Assembly (NCBI GenBank): GCA_964016885.1
Contig: OZ024743.1
Span: forward strand, 318,370,001-318,434,000
Origin: Eledone cirrhosa
Taxonomy: Eukaryota
Direction of reading: 5' to 3'
DNA: 64,000 nucleotides
The translations under genes were made by a program, and so were the position numbers. How positions within the stretch are numbered: position 1 is the stretch's first letter; every line of letters starts with the position of its first letter. This document shows positions 22,783 to 36,245 of this stretch, piece by piece. The notes below the pieces were generated by a model. It was not told the DNA's origin, made no database searches, and saw only the letters and a list, made by a program, of their open reading frames with translations.

Positions 22783-24879
22783 TAAAATGATACATGACAT
22801 ACCCTGAGATGTTAGATGGTTAACATTTAATCAATATTACATGTTTTTACCCAAATCCCTTATCATTCTCTGTCCTTCTTATGACCCGGCCTTAATTTGT
22901 TTATAGTTGGTGCCACTTTGGCAAGATATTACAAAAACATCTAAACGATGATGATGACACAAACACATATATATATACAAACACACATATATATATAAAT
23001 ACAGACACACATATACACACCCACACATATATATATAAGAGAAAATAATCACACACGCAATACTAATTAACACCATATCACTATAGAGACCTGTTGTAAA
23101 TAAACAAAGAGTGTATCGTAAATTTCATTGTAAAAAAAACAAACAAACACATTCACTTGTCAGAAAACCTAGTTTCATTTTCGAGGACGTTAAACTTAAC
23201 CTATGCCTATATATATATATATATATATATATGTATTATATTTAATATAAAAACGGTAATTAGATATAGGCTTTCGAAAAATATATATTGTATATATTAT
23301 TTATTGTATATTAAATCATCGTCATCATCACTATCATTTAACATCCGTTAGACAGGCAGGTCGTCACAGTACTCTGCCATTGTCACAAACCGTCCAGATG
23401 GACCGGCGGCGGTGATCTCCCTTACATAAGTTCCCATACTTTACAGCGAGTATTAGGTGCGTTTCATTGTGACACTAGCGAGGCGAAGTTAGTGATTGTG
23501 TGAAAGAGGATGATAATCACGACAAATACAATAATTTTGGTTAGATATAAAACTTTACATCACTTCAGGAAAAAGAATATGTGTTTATTATGCTATATTC
23601 GACCACAAAGCGACAAGTTATTTCGGGGTGTACATATCAGCATAGGTAGCAGTAAGCTGGCAGTTTCAAGGAGCTGTGTTGTTTATATGAAGAGGCAGAT
23701 GACTCCCTGTGTGGTTGAAGTGCTGATGGAAGAATTGCTGTTGTGCCCTTGTCGACAGTGCCGAATTTCTTCTTTTTTTTTGTTGCTAAGTGTTACATCT
23801 CGCTTCTTACTTGAGCAGGTCGAAGTGGTGCTTCTCTTCCAAGGAACCAGAGTAAAATGATACAAAGAAAAAAAAAACTTATCTCGCTTCACCTTAAGCT
23901 AACCAACCACTCTAGACAAATGATGGCAAACGAGATAAAGAGAAATAGCAGCCAGATGCCATTCAGTATGTGCCAAGAGATTTCGCTACACCAGCACTAG
24001 GGATCTTGTTGTCTTCGATTCACTGAAGATCCTCTCAACCCTTTCTTTGGTAAGTTTCTCTACATTTCCAGTTGCAAAGCTTACTGAGTGCATTTTATCG
24101 TGGCTCCAACACTACTGAGATTTTTGTGCTATTGACACTACTGAAGAGTCATCTCAAACTTTTTGCATGGTTTCTACAGCTGGAGGCCCTTCGTATCACC
24201 AACCATCTTACAGCACTATGGGGGTTGTCATCATTAACTCAAGTGAAGAGCCCTTTTTACCTTATGGGGTGAGGGGAGGCTAACTTGTCCAAAATGGGCT
24301 GTTTTTTGGAGGATGGGTGGGTTTTTATGGAGAGAGGCAAGGAGGGTGATAAGCACGTAATGGAGGAAGATATGTACGGCGTCGGGGTGGATTGGAAGGG
24401 GAAAGTGAGAGGGGATGGTGAAGAGGTGACCCCTGCTCCCGTATATAGCAAGAGGAGTGAAAGTTAGCCTAAGCAGTGTGCAGGGGTGGGGGGAGGGGGT
24501 TACAGGCATTAAAGAGAGACAGTAGGGGTGTTGCTATTGACTTGACTAAAGATTCTTTCCTATCCTATCGAATGGGGATTGATGACTTATCCCTAGTCAG
24601 TTACGTTTCGGGTGGGAATAGAATGGGGAGGTTATAAAAGATGATAGGTATGATGTCATGGGGAAATGACATTAGGTACGAGAGGTGGAAGGGAAGGGGG
24701 GATAACAAGTGTGTATGACAGGTGTGCTGGAATTTAAAGGCGTGAGGTGTGGTGGGGGTTGACAGTGACATGGAAGAGGAGAGGGAAGTGTCCTAAGTAG
24801 AGTGGGGTACAATGAAGATGAGAACAGTTATTAAACTATGACTGGGGTGATGAGGTTTTAAAAGGGGAAGCTACTGTAA

Positions 24880-25560
24880 TCATCATCCGGCAGCCTCAGC
24901 CAAAATCGACTCAACAATTGATTTCCACGTGGGTCTGTCGTTCATTGCCGTTGCCAAGTCCTTGATTTCAATATCAGAATCTCTGGAGATGACATCGGGA
25001 TAGGAGAGCTTGCGCCCCCTGTTATTAGTGACTGCTTGTGGTTTCCAAAACACTAGTGGGGCTGGGGGCACAGACTCAGAAGTGGCACGATGGCAGTGGC
25101 CAGAAAATTTTACTTTTCTTTTACGTACAACGACAGATATGCGTGGGAGGCCGGCATATATTTCTTTCGAAGTGTGATGTCACCAGCTTATGTTCTGAAT
25201 TAGTCGAAGTAGGAGCCATCAAGGCGCTTTCGTTGTTTGGTTGAATTGTTACTTTGAAGAGTCTGATTTTGGTGTGGTTGGAAAAGTTTGAGCGCCAAAC
25301 TCGACCTATCTTGTTGCAAGCTGACCATGCTTGGGCTTTACTGGTGGCAAAATCCTTCCCAGAAGCCATGATCCAGGACCCAAGATACCCAAAACCCTCG
25401 ACTTGCTTGATATCACTGCCGTTGATTGCTTTGATATGTATTCTGTTTTACCCTCGTTGCGATGTAGGCCAACAAGGGTGGCTGCTTCGTGGAGGGATGT
25501 CAAAAGTTGCGCATTTTCTAGGCAATCTTCAAGAACCGTAATAGTGCGACTAGTTACTAA
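24880..25560 (-). mobile_element. Degenerate RTE-type LINE 3' fragment
   Basis: KAQAWSAC..KIRLFK and RGRKLSYPDVISRD..AMNDRPTW peptides. Confidence 0.75.
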
Positions 25561-26698
25561 GGAGTGATGGTGATGGGGGATAGGTAGGTCAGGTGATATT
25601 CACATCTTTAGACTCCTAGATGAGACTTCTCCTGTAATGCATGTCACCAATCCTCTGGCATCTCTGTCAGTTTTCACTACATCATTCCATGTCTTCCTTA
25701 GTTTACCTCATCCACAAGTCCCATCCACTGAGATATCCTGCACTTCTTTATACAGTTCTCATCTTCTATATGCAAAAGAACTCTATATTTATAAAAAAGT
25801 AAATATATAAATTCATTTATTCTTTTACAACCCAGCTTTTATGTTTCAGCAAAGCAGTGGATAGTTCGCTAAGCTTCTTCAGAGAAATAATAGGGTATTA
25901 TATGTGTTAATCGTGTATACATAATTTTTTGGTTTCAAGCAATTGGGGAAATGTGTTTGTGGAGGGTATGGAGGCAAAGAGAAGGGATGGGGAGTTATAG
26001 TGACTAATATTAAGATAGATGTACTTATTAAAGGGTAAAGTGTAAAGACCCACTTTGGTTACAAATGACCACGGAATTTACTTTAGACATGAAAGAATTC
26101 AGGTCATAAGAAGGAGGAAAACAATGAGATGGAAGAGAGTTTAAAGTCTGGCAGTCCGAGAAAAAAAGCTACGACCGTAGAAATACTTCTTTATTTATGG
26201 AAACACAATAGCATCCAGACGAAGACGCTGTGAGTTTCGAGTTAGGCGAGATGAACCAAAAGAGAAGTTCATCAGAGCTCTTCCTGGTTTCTGATTTAGG
26301 CACAAGGCCAACAATCTGGAGGAAGGGAAAAGTCGATTAAATCGACCCCAGTGTATAACTCCTGCTTTATGTTATCGATCCCGTAAGGATGAAAGGTAAA
26401 ACTACCTCGGCTGGATTTGAAATCAGAACGTAAAGAACCGTAACTCTGGTAATAATTGTTTCTACTTTTGGCACAAGGCAAACAATTATTCCAGTGCTTT
26501 GTTTTATCAACCACATAAGGTGAAAGGCAAAGTTAACCTCGGCGGGATTTGAAATCAGACCGTAAAGGGCTGTAACTCTATGCTGCAAAGCATGGCGTCC
26601 GATCCTCTACTGATACTGCCAATCCACCGCCCGTAGAAAAGACTAGGACTGGCGACATCACGTCAATGTGACAACTTTAACATTCAGTTTGGATCTTT

Positions 26699-29630
26699 TT
26701 ATTTATTTAGACATGCCAACTCACGAGGCTTACACTTGCGGCTGGCCAGCTCAGCGCCTATGGTGGTGAATAGGAAGGTAGCCCTAGGGCCAAGGACACC
26801 AGAAGTCTCCACTGCCAAGGGCACGACCGCGAACCTGTCGGAGAGCGACCGGTACTTGGAGAGTTTGGCCTCCTCAGCTCGGCGTGCAGCAGAACCTGGG
26901 TTAGTCGCAGACTGCACCAGGTTGCGGCTGGAGAAAGTGTCGCTGCAAGTGGCATCCCAGACGAGAGGTTTGCCACCGCGGAACGGGAAGATGGTCATAC
27001 CGTCTGGCCTTTTGCCATCCCCTCGGTCCAGCCCCACCGGCTCGAGCTGGGAGGGAAAGCCTGCAGCGTCCAAGCCATGCTTAATGACCTCGTTGAGGGC
27101 AGCATGGCGTGGAAGGCGGCCGGCACTGTGGTTACAGGAAAGCGGGTGGAGGCCGAAAGAGTCCACGGTGGATCCACAGCGACATTTATGTGGGAGGACT
27201 TGACGTCAGCAGGAGAAGAAAGAGGAGGGATGTCTACTAGCTAAGTCCTAGCCTGTCCCACAACTCACAGGCGACCTCACGTTCTCTGAACACAGAGGGT
27301 TCTATTGTGTTTTGGAGAACCCTGCTGACGAGGACGCGGCATGAGGTTACCGATGAAAGAAACGCCGGCAAAGCCAGCGAGATCGGGGACCGGCAACCAA
27401 GGCCGCCATATCTAACAGGTAAAGTGGCCTGTTGCCATCCAATGCCGTCAAACCTGACGTTGCATATCTCCTCAGCTGCCGCTCGGATACAAGTATTGAG
27501 GTCAGCGAGAAGAGATGCGTGGCTGTAGCACGGAGCACTGCGAAGAATGTAGAGGAGCTTCGGCATGGCGAAGCAGTTCCTCAACAGGAAGAGAGCTGGG
27601 TGGCCGTCGATCAAGCCCAGTCAGCTCGTGAGGGTCTGGAGTTGTTGGAGCCTAGACATGATGGTGGAACAGATGGGCGGCGGGTGGATCGGTGACCCGA
27701 GGATGAGGACATCCTCTTTGAGGGGTCACCTGTACCTGGTGGAGAATGGACCGCACGTCCGAGACGGAGGCTGCAAAGCTCTCAGCATCATGGCTGACAT
27801 TCACCACCTCCGACTTGGACGAGTTGACCTGGAGGCCGATTCACGCCAGGGCAGGAACCACCGATTGAAGGTCATGGCAGACAGCCTCCACGGGCCCGCC
27901 CAGCGTAGCATCATCCAGGTACCAAATGTTGAGAGAGGCCGTGAGACTCCGGGCAATGTGGTCTATACCAAGGGCAAACAGGAGGGGGCCCAAAGGGTCG
28001 CCTTGTTGGACCCCAGTGGCTGAAGGTATGACCGGGGTTCAATATGACAAGTAGACCAGCGGGTAGACGGAGGCAGGCTCGGCTGAGGCAGGCATCGAGC
28101 AGATGGTCCCGGTGTATGCAGTTAAAGGCAATCTTCATGTCAAGCTTGACAATGAAGTGTCTGGAGTCCCTGGATGCCGGTTCCGGTGGACAGCTATTGA
28201 AGAACTGCCTAGTTGCATGTGCGGCCCCTTCACAGCCACCGGAAACGCCGGCACTCAGTTGCACCGGATTGAACTCTTCACCTAGTTCAGGTGTTATGGA
28301 TCTGCAGACCACCTTAGCAGCCAGCCTCCGGAAGACATTGCCCACAGCGATGGGGCGTATGCCACCCTCTTTCTTCTTGAGAGTGGTCAGGCTAGCCGAG
28401 AAAAAAGAGGCCTCGGGCGTGCGGATCCAGGGTGCCATGGATAAGCCTATTGGTAAGTGCCACAATTGCACTCAGAAGGCGGCGCCCGGCCTCAGCCGGG
28501 AGGAGGGATAGCAACTCCTTGAGGTGGCCAGGTCGGAAACCAGCAGCAGCTCCACTGCTGCTAGCTGGGAAGGACTTGCGTCGGAAACCACAAGGAGCAG
28601 GTGGGGATCGGGTGGGAGTATGGGTCGGAGGTCAGCGGGTGGCTCAGGGTGCTTGAGTCGCAGAGCAGCCAGGACCTCCTCGGTGGGCTGGAGGACAGTG
28701 TCCTCTGAGGCAGCCACTCTGACTGCGGCCGAGACATCACCCATGATAAGTTTAGCGCTTGGCGCCGGCCTCAGGGGTGGAGGATTGGAGGCACCCAAGA
28801 GCAGGGGTTGTGGCGTCCTTCGGCACGCTTGGAATGGGCGCTTGCCCAAAGGACGAAACATTGGCCTTGACAAAGGCAGCTGTCGACAGGTCGCCTCGGT
28901 CAGCGCCAGAGCTGGGAAGGGTGAGTGGGGTGGAATTGAAGAGGCGCTCCCAGTCACTGGCTCGATTGGAGTCCAGATCACTCTCGATCGAGGAAGCGAG
29001 AGCATCGGCTACCGGCACCCGGGCCGCTCTCGGGATCCTGAGCGGAATCTTCCGGAGCCGCCTGAGCCGAGTGATGTTGACCAGCGAGGCTTGGGCATCA
29101 GGCAAGCTCACTGTCTCATCTGGTGGAGTGCCAGACGACCGTGGCTGGGCAGATGAGGGGAAGAGACAGTTTCTGCATCTCCACGCTGCGATGGCACTGG
29201 AAGCTCGACGCGTCAAGCCAACACAGGTGTGGTGGTGGAAGCAGCCGCACTCCGAACAGTTCCGGCCCCTCTTCCGTCTGTTCGTGGTGCTGCAAGTGCT
29301 GCAGATGTCTACTTGTGGGGATGGAGGATGGGGCGTGGAGCCGGGGACTGGAGTACCAAGCGGCATCAGGGGTGAGTGGCTGGTTGTCACCAGCCTAGGT
29401 GCTAGGCACAACTGCACGTGGGTGGAAGGGAAAGTGTTGGTATGAGTGAGGCCTCATACCTCACCTACATCAGATATGGAGGCGACAGAAGACACGATAA
29501 AAGAGAAGGGGGAGGGGGTGCATGGAAGGGGACACACGCGAAAGTAGAAAGTTAGCAAATAAATAAATGATTGAATGGATGAATGTACAAAAAGAAAACA
29601 GGGGGTTGTTCCCAGCGGAATGACCCAAAG
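26699..29630 (-). mobile_element. CRE-clade non-LTR retrotransposon (N-terminal PHD, RT, RLE), frameshifted, GC-rich
   Basis: C4HC3 finger CSTC..CSEC..HHTC..WRCRNC; KKKEGGIRPIAVG, KLDMKIAFN, QGDPLG, YLDD RT motifs; HPLSC..RH..KRPDG..WDAT..ETSG RLE; 5' boundary approximate. Confidence 0.9.
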
Positions 29631-31951
29631 GTTGTTATTGTCACTGATGCTAGAGTTGGCTTCCTCTTGTTAATGGTGGTGGTAGTGATTGATGGTAAGA
29701 TGTTGGTGTATACACATATACCAAAGTGTTAAACGTTGCATTTTTGTTGTATTTATTATCTTGTTTGGTCAACGAAATTAAAGTTGATTTATTGTGACTG
29801 CCATGATGGAACTGTATGTGAGATTGAACTTGAGACATAATGATTGCGAAAGGGGACTTCTCGGACGTTCAGTCATGATGTGTTCACACACATACTCACA
29901 CATTCACTCACACACACACATACATATTCATAAAGATACACAGATTTGCACGCACACCATCACACACACATAATCACAGTCACACACTAATACAGACTCT
30001 CATAGAAAAAGGGCAATAACTCCTCCCTCACTAATCTAACAAAGACCGAGAAATTAACCACAGGATTAAAATAAAAAGGAATGTACTATTGACATTAAGA
30101 TATATTTATATGTCACTAATAATCCAAGTATTAGTAGGATAAGATATTTTGTTTGTGTGTGTGGTATATGTATATGCATGTGTTCCTCTGTGTGTGTGTA
30201 TGCATGTGTTCCTCTGTATGCGTTTGTGTTTCTATGTACCTGTCATTCTAGTACAGACATGTTTCTGTAGAATGCTAATTATGATTATAACTTGACCTAA
30301 GTAAGTAGCAACAAACTAACATGGGTTAACAGCTTACCTAAGAGCCATTGTCAAGGCTGACTGTTGCTTGGTAAGAAAATATATGTACCAACAACAATCA
30401 ATATATCTGGACTATGGAAATGGTTGGTTCTTCGGCTACTGAAAATGTTTTTTTATTTTATCTCCTCACCTTCTACAAATTTGGATAACAGCATTGGATA
30501 TTATTGACAGAATTATTTTAAAAAAAGGTATCTTATCATCATGATCACCATCATCGTCATCATCATCATTACTGTTTAATGTCCATTTTTCCACACTAGC
30601 ATGGGTTAGCCGAGTTATCCCATTGGGAGACAAGTCAGGTCAGATGACCATCTTTTGCTCATACAGTACTGTTTCTGGCTTGGTTTCTATGGTTGGATAC
30701 CCTTCCTAACGCCAACCACATTTACAAAGCAGACTGGGGACTTTTTGTTGTGACACCAATACAACCACTTTACGGTGTGGACTGAGTGCTTTTTATCATG
30801 TCACCAACATGACCACTTTACAGTGTAGTCTGAGCGCTTTGTGTCATGTCACCAGCATGACCACTTTACATACATATATATATAATTTAAAAAATTACAA
30901 ACTCATCATCATCGTTTTAATGTATACTTTCCTTTCTATCAAGGGTTGGATGGGTCTACATTGAAGTCCATATTGAAGCGAGGCTGCTGATCTCTCAGAC
31001 AGGCCAGAGATGCCCTTTGGTAAGCTTTCTACAGCTGGATACCCTTCCTATCACCAACCACTTTACAGTGTCTACTCGGTGCTTTTATAATGTATGTCAC
31101 AAACACACAGATACAAAAACCTGTGATCTTATTAGTTTCATGTATCGGGCATTAGTCCTTCATAAGAGTTCAGAAATAAAAAAATAAAAAAAGAGATACA
31201 TGTGAATGTTTTTAATTTTTTGTGTGTATCTGCATATATGTTAGTTGAATGGTCTCTACATTGTTGTGTATATAGTAACTATGTGTGTGTCTAGTTGTAT
31301 TAACATTGTCGAGTATTAATATTGGCAGTCTCGGTAGAGGGTCGGACGCCATGCTTTCCAGCATAGTTGCGTCCCTTTACGATCTGAGTTCAAATCCCGC
31401 CGAGGTTGACTTTGCCTTTCATCCTTACTGGGTCGATAAAATAAAGTACCAGTAATGCACTGGGTGATTGCTGGCCTTGTGCCTAAAGTAGAAACAATTA
31501 ATGTATATATCATCATCATCATTGTTTAATGTCCATTTCTCAAGCTTGTATGGGTTAGATGGGTTGTCACATTATGAGATAGGTCAGACTGTCTTGCTCA
31601 TACAGATCTGTATTTTGGTTTGATTTATGTGGGTGGATGCTCTTCCTAACTCCAACCCCATTTAGAGGTGAACTGGGTGCTTTTTATTGTGGTACCAAAA
31701 CGACCATCTAACAAGGTGGACTGGGTGCTTTTTGTTGTGTCACTAACACAATCACCTTACATGATGGACTGGGTGTTTTGTTGTTGTGGCATTGAATCAG
31801 TATACAGAGTGGGCTTAGTGCTTTTGTCATGGTAATGACATTGTGGGAAATCAGATGTAGAGCATGTATGAAACACAGCATTGACTTGGTCTATGTAGAC
31901 CTGTCCAACCCTTGCTAGAAGGGAAAGCAGATGTTAAATGATGATGATAAT

Positions 31952-31982
<31 letters not shown>

Positions 31983-33710
31983 CAGCATAATGAAGGTGTG
32001 TGGCTTTGTGGTTAGGATGTCTGTCTTGCTATCATAAGGTTGTGAGTTTAATTCCCAACAGCATGTGTCCTTGAGCAAGATACTTTATCTTACGTTGCTC
32101 CAATCCTCTCAGCCAGACAAAAATAAGTTGTAAGTTTGTCACACTGAATCTCCCTAAAGTAAAATGTAAAATTTCACGAGCAGGTTGATCGTGTTGTTTG
32201 TACAATTGGAATACCCAGCGGCAGAACTAGCAGAGGTCCAACAGCAAATAAATCAAAACCCAGCCACACACACAGATGCAGACACACACACACACACAGG
32301 CACTCACACACACACTTACATACATATGAATTGTTTCTACTTTTGGCACAAGGCCAGCAATTTGAAGAGAAATGGAAAGTCATTTAAATCAACCCCAGTG
32401 CGTTACTGGTACTTTATCACACACACATACACAAATAATAATTGTTTCTACTTTTGGCACAAGGCCAGCAATTTATCAGTGTATTACTGGTACATTATTT
32501 TATCGACGCCGTAGTAAGGATGAAAGGCAAAGTTAACATACACAAATAATAATCGTTTCTGATTTAGGCAAAAGGTCAGCAATTTGAAGGGTAGGGGAAA
32601 GTCTATTAAATCGACCCAGTGCGTTACTGGTACTTTATTTTATCAACTTCGGGAGGATGAAAGGCAAAGTTAATAATTGTTTCTACGTTAGGCACAAGGC
32701 CAGCAATTATCCAATGTATTACTAGTACTTTATTTTATCGACCCCGTAAGGATGAAAGGCAAAGTCAACCTCGGCGGGATTTGAACTCAGATCGTAAAGG
32801 GACGTAACTATGCTGGAAAGCATGGCGTCCGACCCTCTACCGATACTGCCAATTAATAATAATTACCAAAAATAAGCTGGCCTAAGAAAAAACAAAACAA
32901 AACAAAAACAATCTAACCCATCGTTCATTGATTTCCAAACAAATACTAAAACTTACGCATGAAATTGAATAACAGAATTTCGGACTATATTCTTTGTTTA
33001 TTCTGCGTTCGAATCCTGTATTTCATTTCACCTGTTCGGCGTCGATAAAATATACCAGCCATATACTCGGATCGATATAATCGATTTTCCATTTCCCACC
33101 AAAATAAATAATTAAATAAAAAAAAAACTGTTGACTATTATCAAACATTTGTTTTAAGGTAAAGGTAAAATATATTTTGAGGGACATTAATAAATAAATA
33201 CAGAAAACTGGGAAACTAACGTTTGCAACTAGTACAACTATTTCATTTCAAATGGAGACGCTAATTCTATGGTAAATTTTTCTGAGAAGCCGTTTTTGCG
33301 GGGAAGATTTTCAGTTTCAATAAGAAGAATAAATGTGTCGACACGGTTAGTTTAAATGGTAAATTAATTTTTTTATTCGGTAAAAATAATGAAAAGCAAG
33401 GAATTTTCTTTCAACGACTATCTATATATTCAAGACGATGGGTAACACTGTTGTCAGCTGTGTCGGATTAAAACTTAGTCAGACCTTTAGCTATTGGAAC
33501 CCCAGATTTTTCACTACCAAGGACCCCCTTTCATTTCTATAAATCTTCTCAAGAAACCCCTCACCTACGACAATTAGACCCCTCTCAGATTGCTATACAG
33601 TGAGAATAACCATCAAAAGAGAGATAGAAATGTTTATACTCTGGAGAGGATAGATACTAAATAGTTTGTGTAGATTATGATTAAACAAAAAGTACTTACA
33701 ATTCTGAACT

Positions 33711-33912
33711 TACGAGGGTCGGCTGAAAAGTTCATAGGCTGACCAAGATACTCTTATGGAATGACCAAATGTGATTTATTTTTCGACATAGTCCCAGGAA
33801 AGAAACATAGCAGTTATCAATAAGAAGAGTTGAAATAAATGTTTACAAAATTTCACTGCTCTAGCATCCCACCTTCATAGTCGGCCTATGCACTTTTCAA
33901 CCAACCCTCGTA
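33711..33912. mobile_element. Mariner-derived MITE with TA target duplication
   Basis: TACGAGGGTCGGCTGAAAAGTTCATAGGC ... GGCCTATGCACTTTTCAACCAACCCTCGTA. Confidence 0.85.
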
Positions 33913-34074
33913 GCTTACATTCCCGCCCCAGTTATACCCCCTCCCGGTTGAGAACCGCAGCCCCAAACTGATAAAAATAGGAGGTTCCTGTAAATTTATA
34001 TTTTTTGCTTTTGTTTTTACTTTAATTTAATTCTTTTTTTTTCATTGAATGCTTTAATTACAATCGTTTAATGA

Positions 34075-34472
34075 AAAAAACACCCACAAAATTATTAACC
34101 ATCTTGCCAACAACAACCCTGGGTACCTTTTTGATTTCCATGTGTCTAACACACGTGGACATGCCCACAAAGTCAGAAAACAGCACAGCTCCCATGACTT
34201 TCGGAAACATTTTTTCACGCTCAGGGTTGCTGAAGCATGGAACAAACTACCGGCATCAGTTATTAGCTGTGGAGACACTGCATCCTTTAAAACCTCCATG
34301 CTTCCTGAGATTCGTCAACACTACACCTGATGCCCCCCCCCCCCATACACACACACACACATGTATATCATGACTCATACACTATTCACTTCCCAGACAT
34401 TTGTATATACATGCACCTTTGATGAGTTGTAGTGCACCTGAGCACTGTACACAATAATTTCATTATTATTAT
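34075..34472 (+). mobile_element. CR1-like LINE 3' end
   Basis: TRGHAHK..RKHFFTLRVAEAWNKLP; (ATT)n tail; same family as 38331-39270. Confidence 0.85.
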
Positions 34473-35119
34473 TTTTTAAATATCCACTACATCGGATCGA
34501 CAGGTTTTAGTTTCACTTCAATATAGAAGACAATATATTACACACATAAATGCCGCAGTTGTCCAAATTCACATATACGCATGTATCTCTACTTAATTAC
34601 AAATATTTCACATGAAAATATAGAATCAAAACGAAAGAAAATAATAAGTCAACACTAAATGTATCAAGCATAGGTATGTGGGAAATAACGGGTAGGGGTG
34701 GCTATTTAGTGTATGGGGAGAGGGGGGTATAGTGGTATGAGGATGTAGTCGATAGGGGAGGGGCGTGGTGGAGATATAGGTAAAGGGGGGTAGTGGAGGA
34801 TGAACAGGGAGTAGCGAGATTAGCTACTACAGTGCTATGGTGAAGATATCTAAGGGCTTTAGAGGGGGGAGTAGTTAAGGAGTGGTTCTGGAGGGCGCAT
34901 GGGTGGTGGGTGCAGTAAGGGTGAAAATAGATGTTGAGGTGAAGGGGCTCATGGATGGATCAGGTCACATTGTATGCTTGTGGACAGGTTTTCATCTGCA
35001 CAGCATAGCGCCAGCCCTTTCGATCCTTTGTCATCTCAGTTGTGGATATTTGGCTTTAAAATTGAGCTTTTCTAACACACAGATACCCCCCCCCCCCATA
35101 TATATATATATATAATATA

Positions 35120-35563
35120 TCATCATCATCATCACCGTTTTACATCCGTTCTTCCATGCTAGCATGGGTTAGACGGGTTGTCCTGTTGTGGGCAGTGTCC
35201 GGTCGGTTTACCTTGTCTTGCTCATACGGGAACCTATTCTGTCTTTATTTCTACAGCTGAATGCCCATCCTAACACCAACCTCATTTACAGTGAGTGCTG
35301 GGTGCTTTTTTTCCGTGGTGCCTACTCGTCCACTTTACAGGGTGGGGTGGGTGATTTTTTGCAGTGGCACCTCCACGACCACTTTGCAGTGGAATGATAG
35401 GGACCCCAGTCCTATCATCTCATTTCTACAGCTGAGTAAACTGGAGCAATGTGAAATAAAGTATCTTGCTCAAGGAAACAACACATCACCCGGTTCGAGA
35501 ATTGAACTCACAACCTTTCGATTGCAAGCCCAATTTTCTAACCACTAAGCCATGTACCTTCAC
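35120..35563 (-). mobile_element. SINE family A copy (also ~36490-36810 and ~43200-43540, both -)
   Basis: Closely matches the 6725-7110 copy. Confidence 0.85.
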
Positions 35564-36187
35564 TATATATATATTATAAAGTGAAATAGTTGAACTATGA
35601 GGGAAATCTGAAGCGGTTAGCAACTGAGCTTAGCTTAATTAATATTATGTTATTTGTTTTATTAGGTACCTGATTTACACAACTCTATAATTGGAATCAT
35701 TAACGTAACTGGTCTACTTATTTAAACTCTTTGCTTCAATATTCAATTCCTAAAATTAACCCTAACTCCAACTTATATACATTTCTAACCAGAATTTTTC
35801 TCTACTTGATATGTTCCTGCCCACCCACCCCCCTGTATGTTATATGCTTTCTGTGAGTGCATAGACCTTAGCTTGACCCAGGCAAATTACCATTCTCCAT
35901 AACACGACATTCTCCCCCTCTCTGGCCTGTTGTCCGAAGGCTGTTGGAGTTGAGGGGTAGTATTGATTCATCAAGTAAACTACACATCCCACTACCTGCT
36001 AGCAAACTAGGAGGAAAGATTTGTTAAAAATAATCTCACTCAGAGGTGGGTGAGCAATGTGGCAACATGCTACTATGTCCGTCTTTGAGTCAAAAACATA
36101 GAACATACTTTTTCCTCTCTGTTTTTTTTTTGCTTGTTTCCTTAAAGCTCACCATCATTCCGTTGGTATACCTCTATTATGCAATTT

Positions 36188-36245
36188 ACACCTGATGAGG
36201 TCACTGGCTTCTTACACAACCTGGCCACTGAAATGTGCATAGTGT
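36188..36245 (+). ncRNA. Minimal hammerhead ribozyme motif (Penelope-like, degenerate stem II)
   Basis: ACAC-CTGATGA-GGTCA...TGGCCACT-GAAA-TGTGCA-TA-GTGT, followed by AATAAA. Confidence 0.65.

Noticed and set aside
24270-24870. G/purine-rich tract with G4 potential (similar at 34670-34960)
   Set aside because: Adjoins SINE/RTE tail sequence and is consistent with a decayed antisense retroelement 3' region; no specific structure is supportable.
25836-25890. Hammerhead-like CTGAAGA...GAAAC on the - strand
   Set aside because: No convincing stem I or helix III; too decayed to call.
28524-29445. Long + strand ORFs (210 and 228 aa)
   Set aside because: Antisense shadows of the GC-rich CRE ORF.
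34540-34670. Similarity to the upstream flank of tRNA-Ile (22020-22150)
   Set aside because: No tRNA is found nearby; most simply an old dispersed repeat.
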